From Prasinococcaceae sp. CCMP 1430 (lineage: Eukaryota; Plantae; Prasinodermophyta): a DNA stretch of 64,000 bases. The position numbers were made by a program, and so were the translations under genes. Positions 46,790-58,519 of the stretch are shown here, one piece after another; positions within the stretch are counted from its first letter, which is position 1; each line of letters starts with the position of its first letter. Below the pieces are notes generated by a model, which saw nothing but the letters and a program-made list of their open reading frames with translations, did not search any database and was not told the origin of the DNA. The stretch spans positions 1 to 64,000 of the forward strand of contig RQSC01000031.1 of assembly GCA_013416795.1 (NCBI GenBank), written 5' to 3'.

Positions 46790-47749
46790 ATGCCTCCTAT
46801 GCCTCAGCGCTTCCAGGATATTCACACCTACATCCTCAATCTACCAGACCGCGCCGACAGGCGCGAGCACATGCTCGCGCTCATGGAATCGCTGGGCGTT
46901 CCACAGGACAAGTACGAGTTTGTCACGCCACCGGACCCGTCGATAGCGTGCACCGCCGAGGCGTGGCTCGACGGCGCCACCAGCGCGCTCACGAAGGGCA
47001 AGTGCTCACGCGCGCTCGTGGTCAAGCAGGTGTTCGACATCGCGCGCGCGCGCGGCCAGGACTACTTTTTTGTCTTGGAGGACGACATCGTCGCAGCGAG
47101 CCCTCGCGTCAAGTTCAACGAGATGCTCGCCGCCTTCGCCGCAGCTGGCAGCGATGGCAAGCGCCCGCCAGTCTTCCACGCGCTCTTCCTGCAGCCTTGC
47201 TCTGACTGGTGCACCTCGTTGCCCTGGGGATCGGGACGCACCAGCCGACACACGCACCGCGAGAGCCATTCGCACTGCCTCGGAGGCGTGCTGCACTCGT
47301 CGACCACCTCGGCCGATGTCATCAAGCGCATCACAGATACGTGGCACCCCGGCGGCCCTCAGGCCAAGTCCTCCGCGGCCGCTGGCCTGTTCGCCGAGGC
47401 CGACGGCATAATCACGTACGCACTACCCGAACCCGTCTACGCGCAGGACTCGTCGTACGGCACGAACCTGCCGCACGCCAGCCGCGTCGCGCGGATTGTC
47501 AACCAGAACATGATCCCTCAGCACGAGTGCGAGGAGGCGGTGGTGGCAACGGGGATCTTTGTGGCGTCCTCTCTTGTCGCTGTGGCGCTGTGCATCAGCG
47601 CGTGGCGCGCGTGCATCGACACTCGCGTTGCGATCGCGGGTTATGGCATACGCGGCGACGTGGAGTCAGGCAGCACCAACTTTGGCAGTGGCAAACAGGC
47701 GCCGGCGGAGTGTGTACCAGGCCGTAGGCGACATGGTACAGTAGTTTGA
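46790..47749 (+). CDS. Glycosyltransferase family 25-like protein with a C-terminal TM segment (an upstream exon is possible)
   Basis: YILNLPDRADRREHM and FVLEDDI motifs; hydrophobic VVATGIFVASSLVAVALCISAW. Confidence 0.6.
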   Translation: MPPMPQRFQDIHTYILNLPDRADRREHMLALMESLGVPQDKYEFVTPPDPSIACTAEAWLDGATSALTKGKCSRALVVKQVFDIARARGQDYFFVLEDDIVAASPRVKFNEMLAAFAAAGSDGKRPPVFHALFLQPCSDWCTSLPWGSGRTSRHTHRESHSHCLGGVLHSSTTSADVIKRITDTWHPGGPQAKSSAAAGLFAEADGIITYALPEPVYAQDSSYGTNLPHASRVARIVNQNMIPQHECEEAVVATGIFVASSLVAVALCISAWRACIDTRVAIAGYGIRGDVESGSTNFGSGKQAPAECVPGRRRHGTVV

Positions 47750-47784
47750 ACGCGTAATATGCACCACATCATTTTGGTTCAAAA

Positions 47785-50319
47785 TTATGTTGTCTGATCC
47801 TCTGCCACGACGCCCGAGCTCTCGCTGTCGACTGTTGTGACTCGCGTGACTCGCGTGCGGGTTCTGGTGCTGCGGAGCGGAGATGCCGGCGGTGATGAGG
47901 CGGGCGCGCTCAGGGGCCCTTCGCGCTCCTCCTCTATGATCAGGCGTGGCCCGTCGTAGTCCGGAGGAGGGGTCAGCCAATCTGATGCTGTTCTGTAGAA
48001 CGGCCACGGCGAGCTCGCCTGGGGCCAGTCTTCAACCTCCCAAATTGAGTAAAGGTATCCGGCGAAGCAGGACGGGTCGAACTCAGTGGAGGTGACGACG
48101 AGCGGCGTATGGGCTGATGTCGTCGAGGGCATTTCCACAGCTGCAGCGCCCCCGTCAGCACTATTCGCATCCGTCGACTCCATCTGGCCTACCATTTTAG
48201 CAATCTCTGAGCCGCTCTTCGCACGCGTGACGACGCCGTCGCCACCGCGCGGGCGTCGACTTGCAGATTTTCCAGGCGCGCGTCCGTCGCTGACGCCGGT
48301 CTTCGTCGTCTCCGAGTCGCTTTCGACTTCGCCAACAGGCTCTACGTGCGACCCCATGCACGGAGTGCACATCTGCGCGGCGTCCGCCCACTTGATGTCG
48401 CGAGCGGGTTGGCGTTCCTGGTACACTCCTAGCAAGTGGTCCCGGACAGACATGTTGCCGCACATGCAGTTGGTATGGCAGCCGGCGTCGAATCCATCTT
48501 GGCTGAGCTGAATGCCGCCGTTCGGTTTCAGGTGTATCAAGATGCCGGCGTGTTCGTAATTCACGAAGGGCACCCGCGGCACGACATCGTGGCGATTCAC
48601 GACCCGCCAAAGTGTGACGTTGTCCAGCGCGTCGAATGCGTCTGCAAAGCCAGGCGACCCCACCCGGGGCGCCCCAAAGGTCACGACGTATATGTGCACG
48701 CTGTCAGGGAGGATCGCGTGCCGTGCGAGCCTCCAAGCGAGGATTGTAGCCAGCGCGCCGCCCAGCGAGTGCCCTGTGATCCAGAGCTCATGGTTGAAGT
48801 CCGCTGCGCGCTCTCGGAAGAGCTCCGCAAGGCGTGTCTCCAGCTCGAAGGCCACGCCGCCCCTGTAGTACGCGGTGTGGAATCCCTCGTGGATGTGGGG
48901 GCCACTCGTGCCGTGCCGGTTGTCTGCACCCACTTTGAGTATGTTGAGGTCGGTGTACACGTTCGCCAGCGACGCCGTCCCGCGGAAGCTCACGAGCACG
49001 CGCCGCATCGCCCCGTTGATAACGATGGCCGCGTTTGTGTCAATCTCGCTGCGCAATTCCTCGACGGTGTGAATGAAGTGGATCTCTTCCGCCAGGGCCG
49101 CGTTGTTGATCTGCGGCAACAGACGGGTTGCGACGTCGTTGAAAATGCACTCGCGCAGTACGTCCGCGCGCTCGTCCTTTCGCATGGTAGGCTGGGTCAT
49201 GCCTCCCCCTCCTGCCACTCCTGTGCGAGCAGAAGGCGGCGATCCAACGACATTCGATTCCGAGACAGGCTCTGAACCCCCTCCCACCTCTGGGGATTGC
49301 CCGCCAGCAAGAGTAGCACCGTCCGCGCCGCCCATTCTTGCCACAGACAGCGTGGCCTGCGTCTTCTCGTCCTCGGTCGGGCTGGTGGCTGCGGCGCCGT
49401 GCGCGGCCCCGCTTTCGCGTCCAGGAACGACGTTGCTGACCGCACTCGCGGGTGGTACGGTCATGCCTTCGCCGGTGGCTGCCTGCAGGATCGCGTCGTC
49501 TTCCTGCACAGCCTCCTTGAGGCCTTCCTCGAAACCCGTTTCCGCGAGAAAGTAGGCAAGGCGTGCAGCCACGCAGAGAAAGAGCACGACTTCCTTCGGG
49601 GGGATGCCTGGTTGCTTCCCTGCGCGCAGCCCCATTTTTGCAGCGAGGCGCCCGCCGTACTGCTCAGGCCATAGTAGCTTGCGCACGCCAATTCGAATCG
49701 GGTTGACAATGGTAGACAGTAGCTGGGCCAAAAACACCCCGGTGCGGCACGGGCAACAGGCCACGCGAAAGGCCGCAAAGTTGTTGGTGCGGCATTCGTA
49801 GTACAGCTCGCGCTGCCACGGCGCTTTCTTCACGGTGTCCGCCCCCATCGCTGCGGTGCGCCCGAACACCCTCGCGTTTGCCTCCCTGCCAATCACAAGC
49901 TGGGCGCCGCCAGCCACTGCCGCAGCGGCGCCCTCCATGACCGCATCTGCTGCGGCAGCGGCGATGTCGCCAGGCAGCTGGGCGCCCGCCGCCACGCCAG
50001 CTTCGTAGTGCCCGTACGCCGTGCGCCGCCGCATGTATCCCCGGGTCGGAGTGGGCGTGCTCTCGTCCGACCACTCCGTGTCGGAGGACTCGGTAGACGT
50101 CGACGCGGCGACCTCATGGATATCGACTCTGGCGCTGTCCTCTGACTGCTCCGCGGCCGCGTTAGCCCCTTCAGCATCTCGAGCCACGTCGATGGCATGC
50201 GAGGCAGATGGATCAACTTCGTTGGGTGGGGCGCTCGGCTCACCATGAGTGTCCCCACCACGGCCGCTTCTCTCCTCCGCGTCTTCGGGCGGCGCTCTCT
50301 TGGAGCCACGCGCGCCCAT
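47785..50319 (-). CDS. Class 3 lipase with long low-complexity extensions
   Basis: VLVSFRGT, HEGFHTAY, WITGHSLGGALA (GxSxG), VTFGAPRVG, RVVNRHDVVPRVP, DHLLGVY. Confidence 0.88.
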   Translation of the reverse strand: MGARGSKRAPPEDAEERSGRGGDTHGEPSAPPNEVDPSASHAIDVARDAEGANAAAEQSEDSARVDIHEVAASTSTESSDTEWSDESTPTPTRGYMRRRTAYGHYEAGVAAGAQLPGDIAAAAADAVMEGAAAAVAGGAQLVIGREANARVFGRTAAMGADTVKKAPWQRELYYECRTNNFAAFRVACCPCRTGVFLAQLLSTIVNPIRIGVRKLLWPEQYGGRLAAKMGLRAGKQPGIPPKEVVLFLCVAARLAYFLAETGFEEGLKEAVQEDDAILQAATGEGMTVPPASAVSNVVPGRESGAAHGAAATSPTEDEKTQATLSVARMGGADGATLAGGQSPEVGGGSEPVSESNVVGSPPSARTGVAGGGGMTQPTMRKDERADVLRECIFNDVATRLLPQINNAALAEEIHFIHTVEELRSEIDTNAAIVINGAMRRVLVSFRGTASLANVYTDLNILKVGADNRHGTSGPHIHEGFHTAYYRGGVAFELETRLAELFRERAADFNHELWITGHSLGGALATILAWRLARHAILPDSVHIYVVTFGAPRVGSPGFADAFDALDNVTLWRVVNRHDVVPRVPFVNYEHAGILIHLKPNGGIQLSQDGFDAGCHTNCMCGNMSVRDHLLGVYQERQPARDIKWADAAQMCTPCMGSHVEPVGEVESDSETTKTGVSDGRAPGKSASRRPRGGDGVVTRAKSGSEIAKMVGQMESTDANSADGGAAAVEMPSTTSAHTPLVVTSTEFDPSCFAGYLYSIWEVEDWPQASSPWPFYRTASDWLTPPPDYDGPRLIIEEEREGPLSAPASSPPASPLRSTRTRTRVTRVTTVDSESSGVVAEDQTT

Positions 50320-50748
50320 ACCCGCTGGTCCCGTGCCGCCGGCCCCGTTCGCACACGCGCCGTGCTGCGCCGCCGGCGGGCGTGGCACGCGCGTGCGGCG
50401 GCCAGCCGCGGCCGCGGCCGCGGCCGCGCCGCGTGGGCGGTGTGGCCACCACACTGGCTGCGCGGCGCCCCGTCGGCTTGCCTGCCATGTCAGCAGCCTG
50501 ACTGACAGCGGCACGGCACATTCACATTCATCATAATCAATCTCAATCAAAGACAAAAAAGCCTCCTGTATGAAATAGTAGAAAGCTGAGCAGCCATCCC
50601 GTGAGTAAATGTAATGTACTTTTTAACTTCATATGAAGGGCTCGACGTGGAGGCGCCTCGCGGGGTTTGAGCAGCGGGAGCGGGGGGCGGGGCGCCAGAG
50701 CGCGCGCGCTCGGCGCGCTTGCGGCGTGGCAGGGCGGTCGCGGGCACC

Positions 50749-53230
50749 ATGCTCGCGGGCGGGGCGAAAGGGGCACGCGCCGCGCCGACGGCGGCGGCGG
50801 CCGCGGGCGCCGAGGCAAGCGTCGCTGAGGCGGATGCGGCGGATGGTGCTGCAGCCGGAGGGGATGGTGAGAGCGGGCCATCAGCCCCCGATGCACCCGC
50901 GAGCGACGCGCTGGCACCTGAAGTTGCCCGCCGTTGCAACTATGCCATCATCGCGCACCCAGACGCCGGCAAGACGACGCTCACGGAGAAAATGCTCCTG
51001 TACGGCGGCGCGCTGCGCGAGGCAGGCGAGATCAAGGGCAAAGGAGCGGACAAGGCGACCAAGTCCGACTGGATGGACATCGAGCAGCAACGAGGCATCT
51101 CAGTAACGGCAAGCGCGCTCATGTTTGAGGTGCGAGTGTGCGCGCGCAGAGCACGAGCGAGCCGCGCGAGCCGCGCGAGCTGCGCGAGCTGCGCGAGCCG
51201 CGCGGGCTGCGCGAGCGGCGCAAGCGTGTGCGTTGGCTGACCCGAGGGGCTGCGCACTGTCGGGCTGTCGCTCGTGTGCTCGCCCTTCCGTCGTCCGCAG
51301 GCCCGCGGGCGCCAGGTGACGCTGCTGGACACGCCCGGCCACAAGGACTTCAGTGAGGACACGTATCGCTCGTTGGCTGCTGCGGACAACGCGCTCATGC
51401 TCGTGGATGCCGGCAAAGGCCTTGAGCCACAGGTGCGCTCATGGGCGCCCTTGCGCCCCGCGGACGCGCGCGTGTTCCGTGGCGCCCCGTCGTGCACCTA
51501 CGTTCGCGTGCTCGCGCACCCGAGCTGACTCCTGCCGCCTCCCCGCCTGCAGACGCACAAACTCTTCGAGGTGTGTCGCCTTCGCCACCTGCCCATCTTC
51601 ACATTCATGAACAAGCTCGATAGGCCTGCGCTCGAGCCTCTTGAGCTCCTCGAGGAGATTGAGAACGAGTTTGGCATGGCCACGTTCCCCGTGGTGTGGC
51701 CCCTGGGCTCGGGCGACCGGTTCGCTGGCGTCATCGACCGGTTGGAGCGGAGCGTGCATCTTTACACCAAAAGTGGACGCGATGGCAAGTCCAAGGGCGC
51801 CATCACCGAGGTGCTGAGCCTGGACGACGACATGGACCGCATCGAGGAGCTCGTTGATAGCGAGGTGCTCTCGGTAGCGCTGGAGGAGGTTGAGCTGCTC
51901 GATGACGCTGGCGCCGAGCTCGACATGGAGGCTGTGATCGCCGGTGACATGACGCCGGTGTTCTTCGGCGCGGCTATCAACAACTTCGGGATCGAGCTGC
52001 TCCTGGACTACTTCCTCAAGTTTGCGCCGTGCCCGGGCGCCAAGGACACGTCCGCCGGCGTGAGCGTGCAACCAACGCAGGAAGCCTTCACTGGCTTTGT
52101 TTTCAAGCTTCAGGCCAACATGGACAAGCGCCACCGTGACAAGCTGGCCTTCTGCCGCGTGGTCAGCGGCAAATTCGAAAAGGGGATGAAGGCGACCGTA
52201 GCGCGCACTGGCAGGACTTTGTCGATGAGCGCGCCGCAGAAGCTCTTCGCGGAGGATCGCGATACCGTCGAAGTCGCCTATGCAGGAGATGTCATCGGTC
52301 TGAACAATCCCGATGCGTTCGCCATCGGAGACACGCTGTATGCTGCGGGCACGCCCAAGGTACGGCGACACTGCATGATGCCGTCAGCATGCGCGCCCCG
52401 ACGCGCACTCGCACGCCCGAGCCCGCGATCATGCCCGAGCGCGCTCTGACACACGGGCCACCTCCACACGCGCTGCGCGCGCGAATAGGTCTCGTTCCCC
52501 CCGATCCCAGCATTTTCCCCCGAGCTTTTCGCCTACCTACGACTGGAGGACCCCGGCGCGCGCAAGGCCTTCACCAAAGGCGTCGACCAGCTGCTCTCTG
52601 AGGGCGCGGTGCAGGTGCTCAGCGGGCGCAACGAGCTGAGCACGCAGGCGCCCATCCTGGCGGCAGTGGGCGAGCTGCAGTTTGACGTGGTGCTCGACAG
52701 ACTCATGTCCGAATACAAGGTCCGTGGAGTTACTCAGTGCGCGCGTCGCGCGCTTGGCGCTTGTTGCGTGGCGCGAATGGTGGGCTGACCCAGACCCCGC
52801 CCCCGAATCTCCCCGCTTCCCGGTGCGTGCAGGTGGCTGCTCGGCTGGACCGCATGCCGTACACTGTCGCGCGCTGGGTCAAGGAGGGCGGCTGGGAGGC
52901 CGTCGACGCCGCCGGCGACCTCTTCGGGGTGGAGACAGTGCAGGATGTGTACGGGCGCCCTGTGTTGCTCTTCAAGGTCCGTGGCCATTCGCTCTCACTG
53001 CCGTGCCAGTGTCCTCAGCGCGTGCGTCCGCAACACTCGCGCTGACTCTCTCGCGCGCCGACGCTCGCACACGCTCGCGTCACGGGATGCGCGCGTGTCC
53101 TCAGAACGTGTGGGCGGTGAACAGGCTCATGGACGACGCGCCTGAGCTCTACGAGCGCTTGCTTCCGTACTCATTCGCCCCCACAGACGAGGAGCAGGCC
53201 GCGCTGGCGAAAGCACAGAAGAAGCGGTAG
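50749..53230 (+). CDS. prfC: Organellar peptide chain release factor 3, 6 exons (50749-51129, 51301-51432, 51553-52359, 52489-52719, 52833-52976, 53105-53230)
   Basis: [75 protein letters not shown]. Confidence 0.95.
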
Positions 53231-53377
53231 CGCAGCACAGCCGGCAATGCCAGCGATGGTAATGGGTGATTGTCTGTGACAGCAGCCAGGAAATACGCAC
53301 GCCTTTAGAGCGCGCTCAACCGTGGCACCTATGAAGGAGCGAGCGAGCGAGCGCGCGCGCGCGCGAGCGGGCTAGGC

Positions 53378-54355
53378 TCAGCGCTTCCCCCCGACGTTGA
53401 TCTTGGACTGGAGGTAGCCAAGGAGGGCGAACGGGCAAACCTCCTCGCACTGCTCGGCCGTGATCGCAACGCGCTTCCCGCTTTTCTTGAGCGTCGCAGT
53501 GAAGAGCAACGCGCCCTTGCTTGTTGTCTGTCCGTCATACTCGATCCGTTCGATGTGCTCCTTCTCAGCCTTCTTGGCCATCTTCAGCGTCAAGTCCAGG
53601 ATCTTCTTGCACTCGTCAAGGTCGCTGTGCCAGCTAGGCAGTTCCGTGGGAACCACCGGCGAGGGCGTGCGGCGGGGCTTCTTCTTGGTCGCGCCCTTTG
53701 CGGGAGGAGCGTCGGCGGCGCCGCGTTTGCGCTCCTTCTGTGCGCCGTTGCCCGCGCCCTTCGGTGGGCGGCTGCCAGAGCGGCTTGCCTGCTTGAGCGA
53801 TGCCTCATAGGCTGCCACCAGATCGTCGCAGTCGAGGTTCGCCCGAGGTTCCCAGGTGTCCCACTCCGGTCCGTAGCCGACCCATTTTACCTTATAGTAG
53901 CAAACCCTCTTGGTCTTGTTGCCTCGGCGCGCCTTCTCGTCCACGTACCTCTTGTCGAGGATCTTCTCCACCTCGTACTCGCCTTCGACGACCTCACCGG
54001 TGTCCACCTCCGTCGCGAAGCCAGGCGCGCCCTCCTTGACAACGCCCGGCGCTTTCTCTCCGTCGAGCGTAGTCGCTAGCACGACTTTTTTGGCCTTCTT
54101 CGGGGACGACGCCTCACCGTCCTCCTCGCTGGCCTCCTTCTCGCCGCTGCCTCCGTCTCCCGTCGCTGCCCCCTGCTTGTCCCCGCCTTCGCCGCCGTCG
54201 GTCTCGGTGGCAGTGCCGCCGCTGCTGCCGCCCTTCACCCCGCCGGAGGTATGAAAGCTCTTCGAATCGCTCTTGGTCGGGGCATCGTCCGCCTGCCACA
54301 CCGCGTGGGGCTCATCAGCGTCCGCTGAGGGCGCGCCTGCCGCATCCTCAGCCAT
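53378..54355 (-). CDS. HP1/LHP1-like chromodomain protein with a probable chromo-shadow domain
   Basis: [28 protein letters not shown] (aromatic cage), basic hinge, C-terminal [29 protein letters not shown]. Confidence 0.8.
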   Translation of the reverse strand: MAEDAAGAPSADADEPHAVWQADDAPTKSDSKSFHTSGGVKGGSSGGTATETDGGEGGDKQGAATGDGGSGEKEASEEDGEASSPKKAKKVVLATTLDGEKAPGVVKEGAPGFATEVDTGEVVEGEYEVEKILDKRYVDEKARRGNKTKRVCYYKVKWVGYGPEWDTWEPRANLDCDDLVAAYEASLKQASRSGSRPPKGAGNGAQKERKRGAADAPPAKGATKKKPRRTPSPVVPTELPSWHSDLDECKKILDLTLKMAKKAEKEHIERIEYDGQTTSKGALLFTATLKKSGKRVAITAEQCEEVCPFALLGYLQSKINVGGKR

Positions 54356-55673
54356 GCCCTCGCCGCCAATCGCCGACTGGCGTCTGGCTGGCCGGCTTTT
54401 GGCGCCTGCGCCGCGCGTCCCGGTTGCACGCCTTTGCCGCGCCGGCAGCTGGCGCAGCGGCCGCGGCCTCTCCTGCGCCGGGTTGCGCAGGGGGAGGCCC
54501 TCGGGGGCACGCGCTCGCACGCGCCGAAGCCGTCTGCTTGCTCCCGCGCGCACTGTGGCGCCCCCCGACCGCGGCCGGTGCCCGCACTCGCGACGGGGCG
54601 CGTGCGCTCGCGAGATCTTTTCCGCCCCGCGCCGTTTCAGTTCCGGGGTCCCTGTGGCGCCCTGCGCGCGAAAAACGCGCGAGCGCGCCCTACGCGCACA
54701 CGCGCAGCCGACCGTGCCCGCGGGCACGGCCTCTCGAGTATGCCAGGAATGAATTCGCCAGAGGCATGCACGGCCATCGTGACATGGCCTCACCGGCTGG
54801 TGGGCAGTTGACTACGATGTGGGTTGCGCATGTCGCGGTACGCCTCTCTACGATAGACGGCCGCCGGCGACGATGTGCGTGCGCCGCGCGTCAACACAAG
54901 GCACGCGTCGACGGAGCGCCCGGCGGTGACCGCCGGCGCTCGAACAAACCGGGCGTAGGGGGCGAGCGTGCGCGGTTGCAACACGCAGACACTTGCTCAA
55001 GAGCGCGTGGGAGCATCACGCAACCGCAATTGGGGTACACGGTCATGTGTGTGGGCGTGGCGGTGCGTACGCCTTTGGGCCACGTCGTCCATGAGGCCAC
55101 GCTCGTGGAGGACACGGCCGCCCTCGCCGACGGCGCGGTCGGCGCCCCCCGCCGGCCGCGGCGGCGTCAACGGCGGGCGCGCGCGCGCGCGCCCCGCACC
55201 GCCGATTCGGATTCGCGGCGCGCAAACGCGAACCGTAAACTGCAGCTGGCACTCACCTCGCAACGCCTTGCGTTCGGAACCACCGGTGTCGACAACGACA
55301 ACGCAAATAGCCTCGCAGCCCGGCGAGCTGTTTCCCGCTCCAAGCCAGCCCCCACCCAGCGCCGGTGCCGCGCGCGAAAACGAAATGCCGCAGAGCCGCC
55401 GGGCGCGGGTCGGAGCAGAGACCCATCGGCGAACCCTCGTGTCTCAGCCCCAAAACAAATGTGAGAGGTGTTTGGGTTCACGCTGCAGCGCCGCCCGCGG
55501 GCGGCACCGGTTGCACGCGCGTCGAGTCGACCCGAACCATTTGCGGTAGGGTTTGCATCGATCGGATCGGAGGGGGGACGCTGCGCGGGGCGACGGGCGC
55601 CCCGCTGGCGGCGCCGACGCCGGCGTTGTGCGTGTCCCCGAGGGGAGGGGCGGAGGGCGCCACACGCGCGCAG

Positions 55674-57000
55674 GGTGACCGGCGCCGGTCCTCCGGGCGG
55701 CACGCCCGGGGCCGCGCGGCGGGTGCGATGCGTCGGCGTGAGCGGCCAGCAGCACGGCCTGGTGGCCGTGGACGGCGACGGTGTCCCTGTGCGGCCGTGC
55801 AAGCTGTGGTGCGACACAGAGTCACGCGCCGAAGCCGCCGAGCTCAGCGCCGCCTATGGTTGGGCCATGGCCGCGGGCTTCACCGCGTCCAAGGCGCTGT
55901 GGCTCAAACGCAACGAGGCACACAACTGGGAGCGCACGCGCACGGTGCTGCTGCCGCACAACTACGTCAACCTCTGGCTGTGCGGCGTGGCCTCCGCGGA
56001 GGCAGGGGACGCCTCGGGCGTCGGCGTCTTGGCCGAGGTCGACGGCGCCGCCGATGGCGGCGCGCGCTACGACGCGGCAAAGTGCGCGGCCGTGGACGAG
56101 CGCTTCCTCGCGATGCTGCCGCCGCTCGCCGGGCACGACGATCTGCTCGAAAGGGACGGCGCGCCCGCGTGCGTGCTACCCGAGGCGCTCGAGGCGCTGG
56201 GCCTCCCTTCGAACGCGCGCATCCGTGTGAGCGCCGGCAGCGGGGACAACATGTGCAGCGCGCTCGGTGCCGGGGCGTGCGTGCCCGGCCGCATGGTGCT
56301 GTCGCTGGGCACGAGCGGCACGCTCTTCGGATGCTCGGAGGCGGCCGTGAGCGACGCCACCGGCACCGTGGCGCCCTTCCGCGACGCAACGGGCCACCAT
56401 CTGCCGCTCCTCTGCCTGCAGAACTGCACATCTGCGCTCAATGAGGTGGCGCGGGGCTACGGCATGCCGCACGAAGAGCTCGCTCGGCTGGCCGCGGACG
56501 AGCCCCCAGGGTGCGGAGGGCTGACCTTCCTGCCGTACGTGAGTGGAGAAAGGACGCCAAACTGGCCACACGCCACTGGCGCGCTGCTCGGCGTGTCGCC
56601 CGGGCTGCTGCGCCCGGGGGCCGTCTACCGCGCGGCGCTCGAGGGGGTGACCTTTGCGCTGCTCGCAGGGTACGACCGCATGCGCGAGCTCGGCGTCGAC
56701 GCGAAGGAGCTCAGGCTCGTCGGCGGAGGCTCGAGCAACAAGCTGTGGAGACAGATCATCGCGGACGCCTTTCAGCTTCCTCTCCGATTTCCGGCAGAGC
56801 CCGAGAGCGCGGCTCTGGGCGCCGCGCTGCAGGCAGCCGCCGCCTTCGCCAGCGCCGGCGTGGGCTCGTACGTGCGCGACAAGGCCGACCCGCCGCTGCT
56901 GCCTGAGTTGGTGGAGCCCGACGCGGCGACCGCCGCGCACTACGCGGCGGCCTTCCAGCGGCACCAGGCGCTCGGCAAGAAGCTCTTCGATGGCGAATGA
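55674..57000 (+). CDS. xylB: Xylulokinase (FGGY family); N-terminal exon not found
   Basis: VGVSGQQHGLV, PCKLWCD, GFTASK.LWL, GDASG, GSGDNM, LSLGTSGT, LPYVSGERTP, RAALEG, VGGGS...LWRQIIAD. Confidence 0.85.
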
Positions 57001-58519
57001 CGAGCAAGGAGGCGTGCAGGGGCCGCCTCCGCGCGTGCAGGTGCCGTGGCTGCGCGTCGTAATAATCCGCCCATGGCTGCCACGCCCATCATTTCTATTC
57101 GAAGAATGAGAGTGCATGCATTCGACGCCGCTGCAAAAAAAAAAACGATCAAATGTGTTGCATCCACGGTGGTGTCAGGGTCAAGACGAAGGCATGTCGC
57201 AGCGGCAGGCAGCCGAGTGCGTCGACACGCGCGCGCGCAGCGTAGTGTGCGGGGGTCCCTGCGGCCCGGGCGCGGCCGCCGCTGCGCGCGCAGGCAGCGC
57301 AGGTCGCGCGGGCACCCCCCCGTCCACATCAAAACGAAACAATGTCTCCACTCCATGATGAAATCACACGAGGGACCCGGGCGCCGGCGAGCGCATTTTT
57401 GCGCGCGCCGGTGTGCGCGTGCGCGTGCGCGTGCGCGCCGCCGCACGCCGCGACGCGCCGCGACGCAGCGGGGGCCCCGCGGCGCGGCGTGCGCTGGTGG
57501 AGGGGGAGGGGTCACATGGCGCGCGCTGCGAGAGGAGAGCGCGGCGAGGCGGGAGCGCGGCGAGGAGACATCGATGGGGTTCTTGACCAAAGTCCAGCTG
57601 GGCGCCATGCGGGGCTGGGCGAAGCGCAGGGTGGCGGCCGTGACCTTACCTAGCGCGCATGTGCATGAAGAGGAGCGCGCGCGGTCCGATCAAGAGGTGC
57701 ACGCCGCAGTGGGCACGGGCGCCAGCGCTGCCTGCGCTGCCAGGGCTGCCAGCGCTGGCGGCGCTGCCAGCGCGGATGGCGCAGGCGCCGCGGCCGGCGG
57801 TTCTGGCTGCGCGCTAGCAGTCATGCCGCCGGCCCTGCCTGCCGCGGTCAAGGCCGGCGGCGCCGCAGCGGGCGCCGGCGACAACGCAGGGATGCACGTG
57901 GGCGGGTGCCCCACGCACAGCGGCACCGCCCCCCATACAATGGCCCCACAAAGCGTAGGGGGAGGAGAAGGCGCCAGCCATGCGGTGGCGGCGCAGCGGT
58001 GTGCCACGGCGCCGCGCCGGGAGAAGGAAAAACAGAAGCAGGACCCTGTCCAGCACAAGGAGCGCTCCTCGCAGGCCAATGACGCGGCGACGAGATGTCC
58101 AAGCATGCGACGCGGCACGAGCTCGCATGCAGCACCGCAGCAACAGCGAGCTGTTGGCAGCTCTGAAGACGATGGTGCCGCGTCCCCCCGATGCGAAGGC
58201 GAAGGCACAAAGAGCAACGAGCGTCGCAAGTGTGCTGAGTTCCTCGCAGAGAGCGGACACAAAGTAGTTGGCGTGTATTGGAGCATACGCCAGCGGCGAT
58301 GGATTGTGCGCATTCCCAAGGGTCATCGCGCGCAGAAGCATCTTGGCTCATTCGTCAAGAAGGCTGATGCCATCGAGCGGCGACTTCGATATGACGATGA
58401 ACGGGAGCGCGCACGGGCGGGAAACCAGAAGCAGACCGCTGTTCAGCGCAAGCAGCGCCCATGTGGCCGCGCGCGCGGTGTGGCCGCGCGCGCGGTGTGG
58501 CCGCGCGCGCGGTGTGGAC

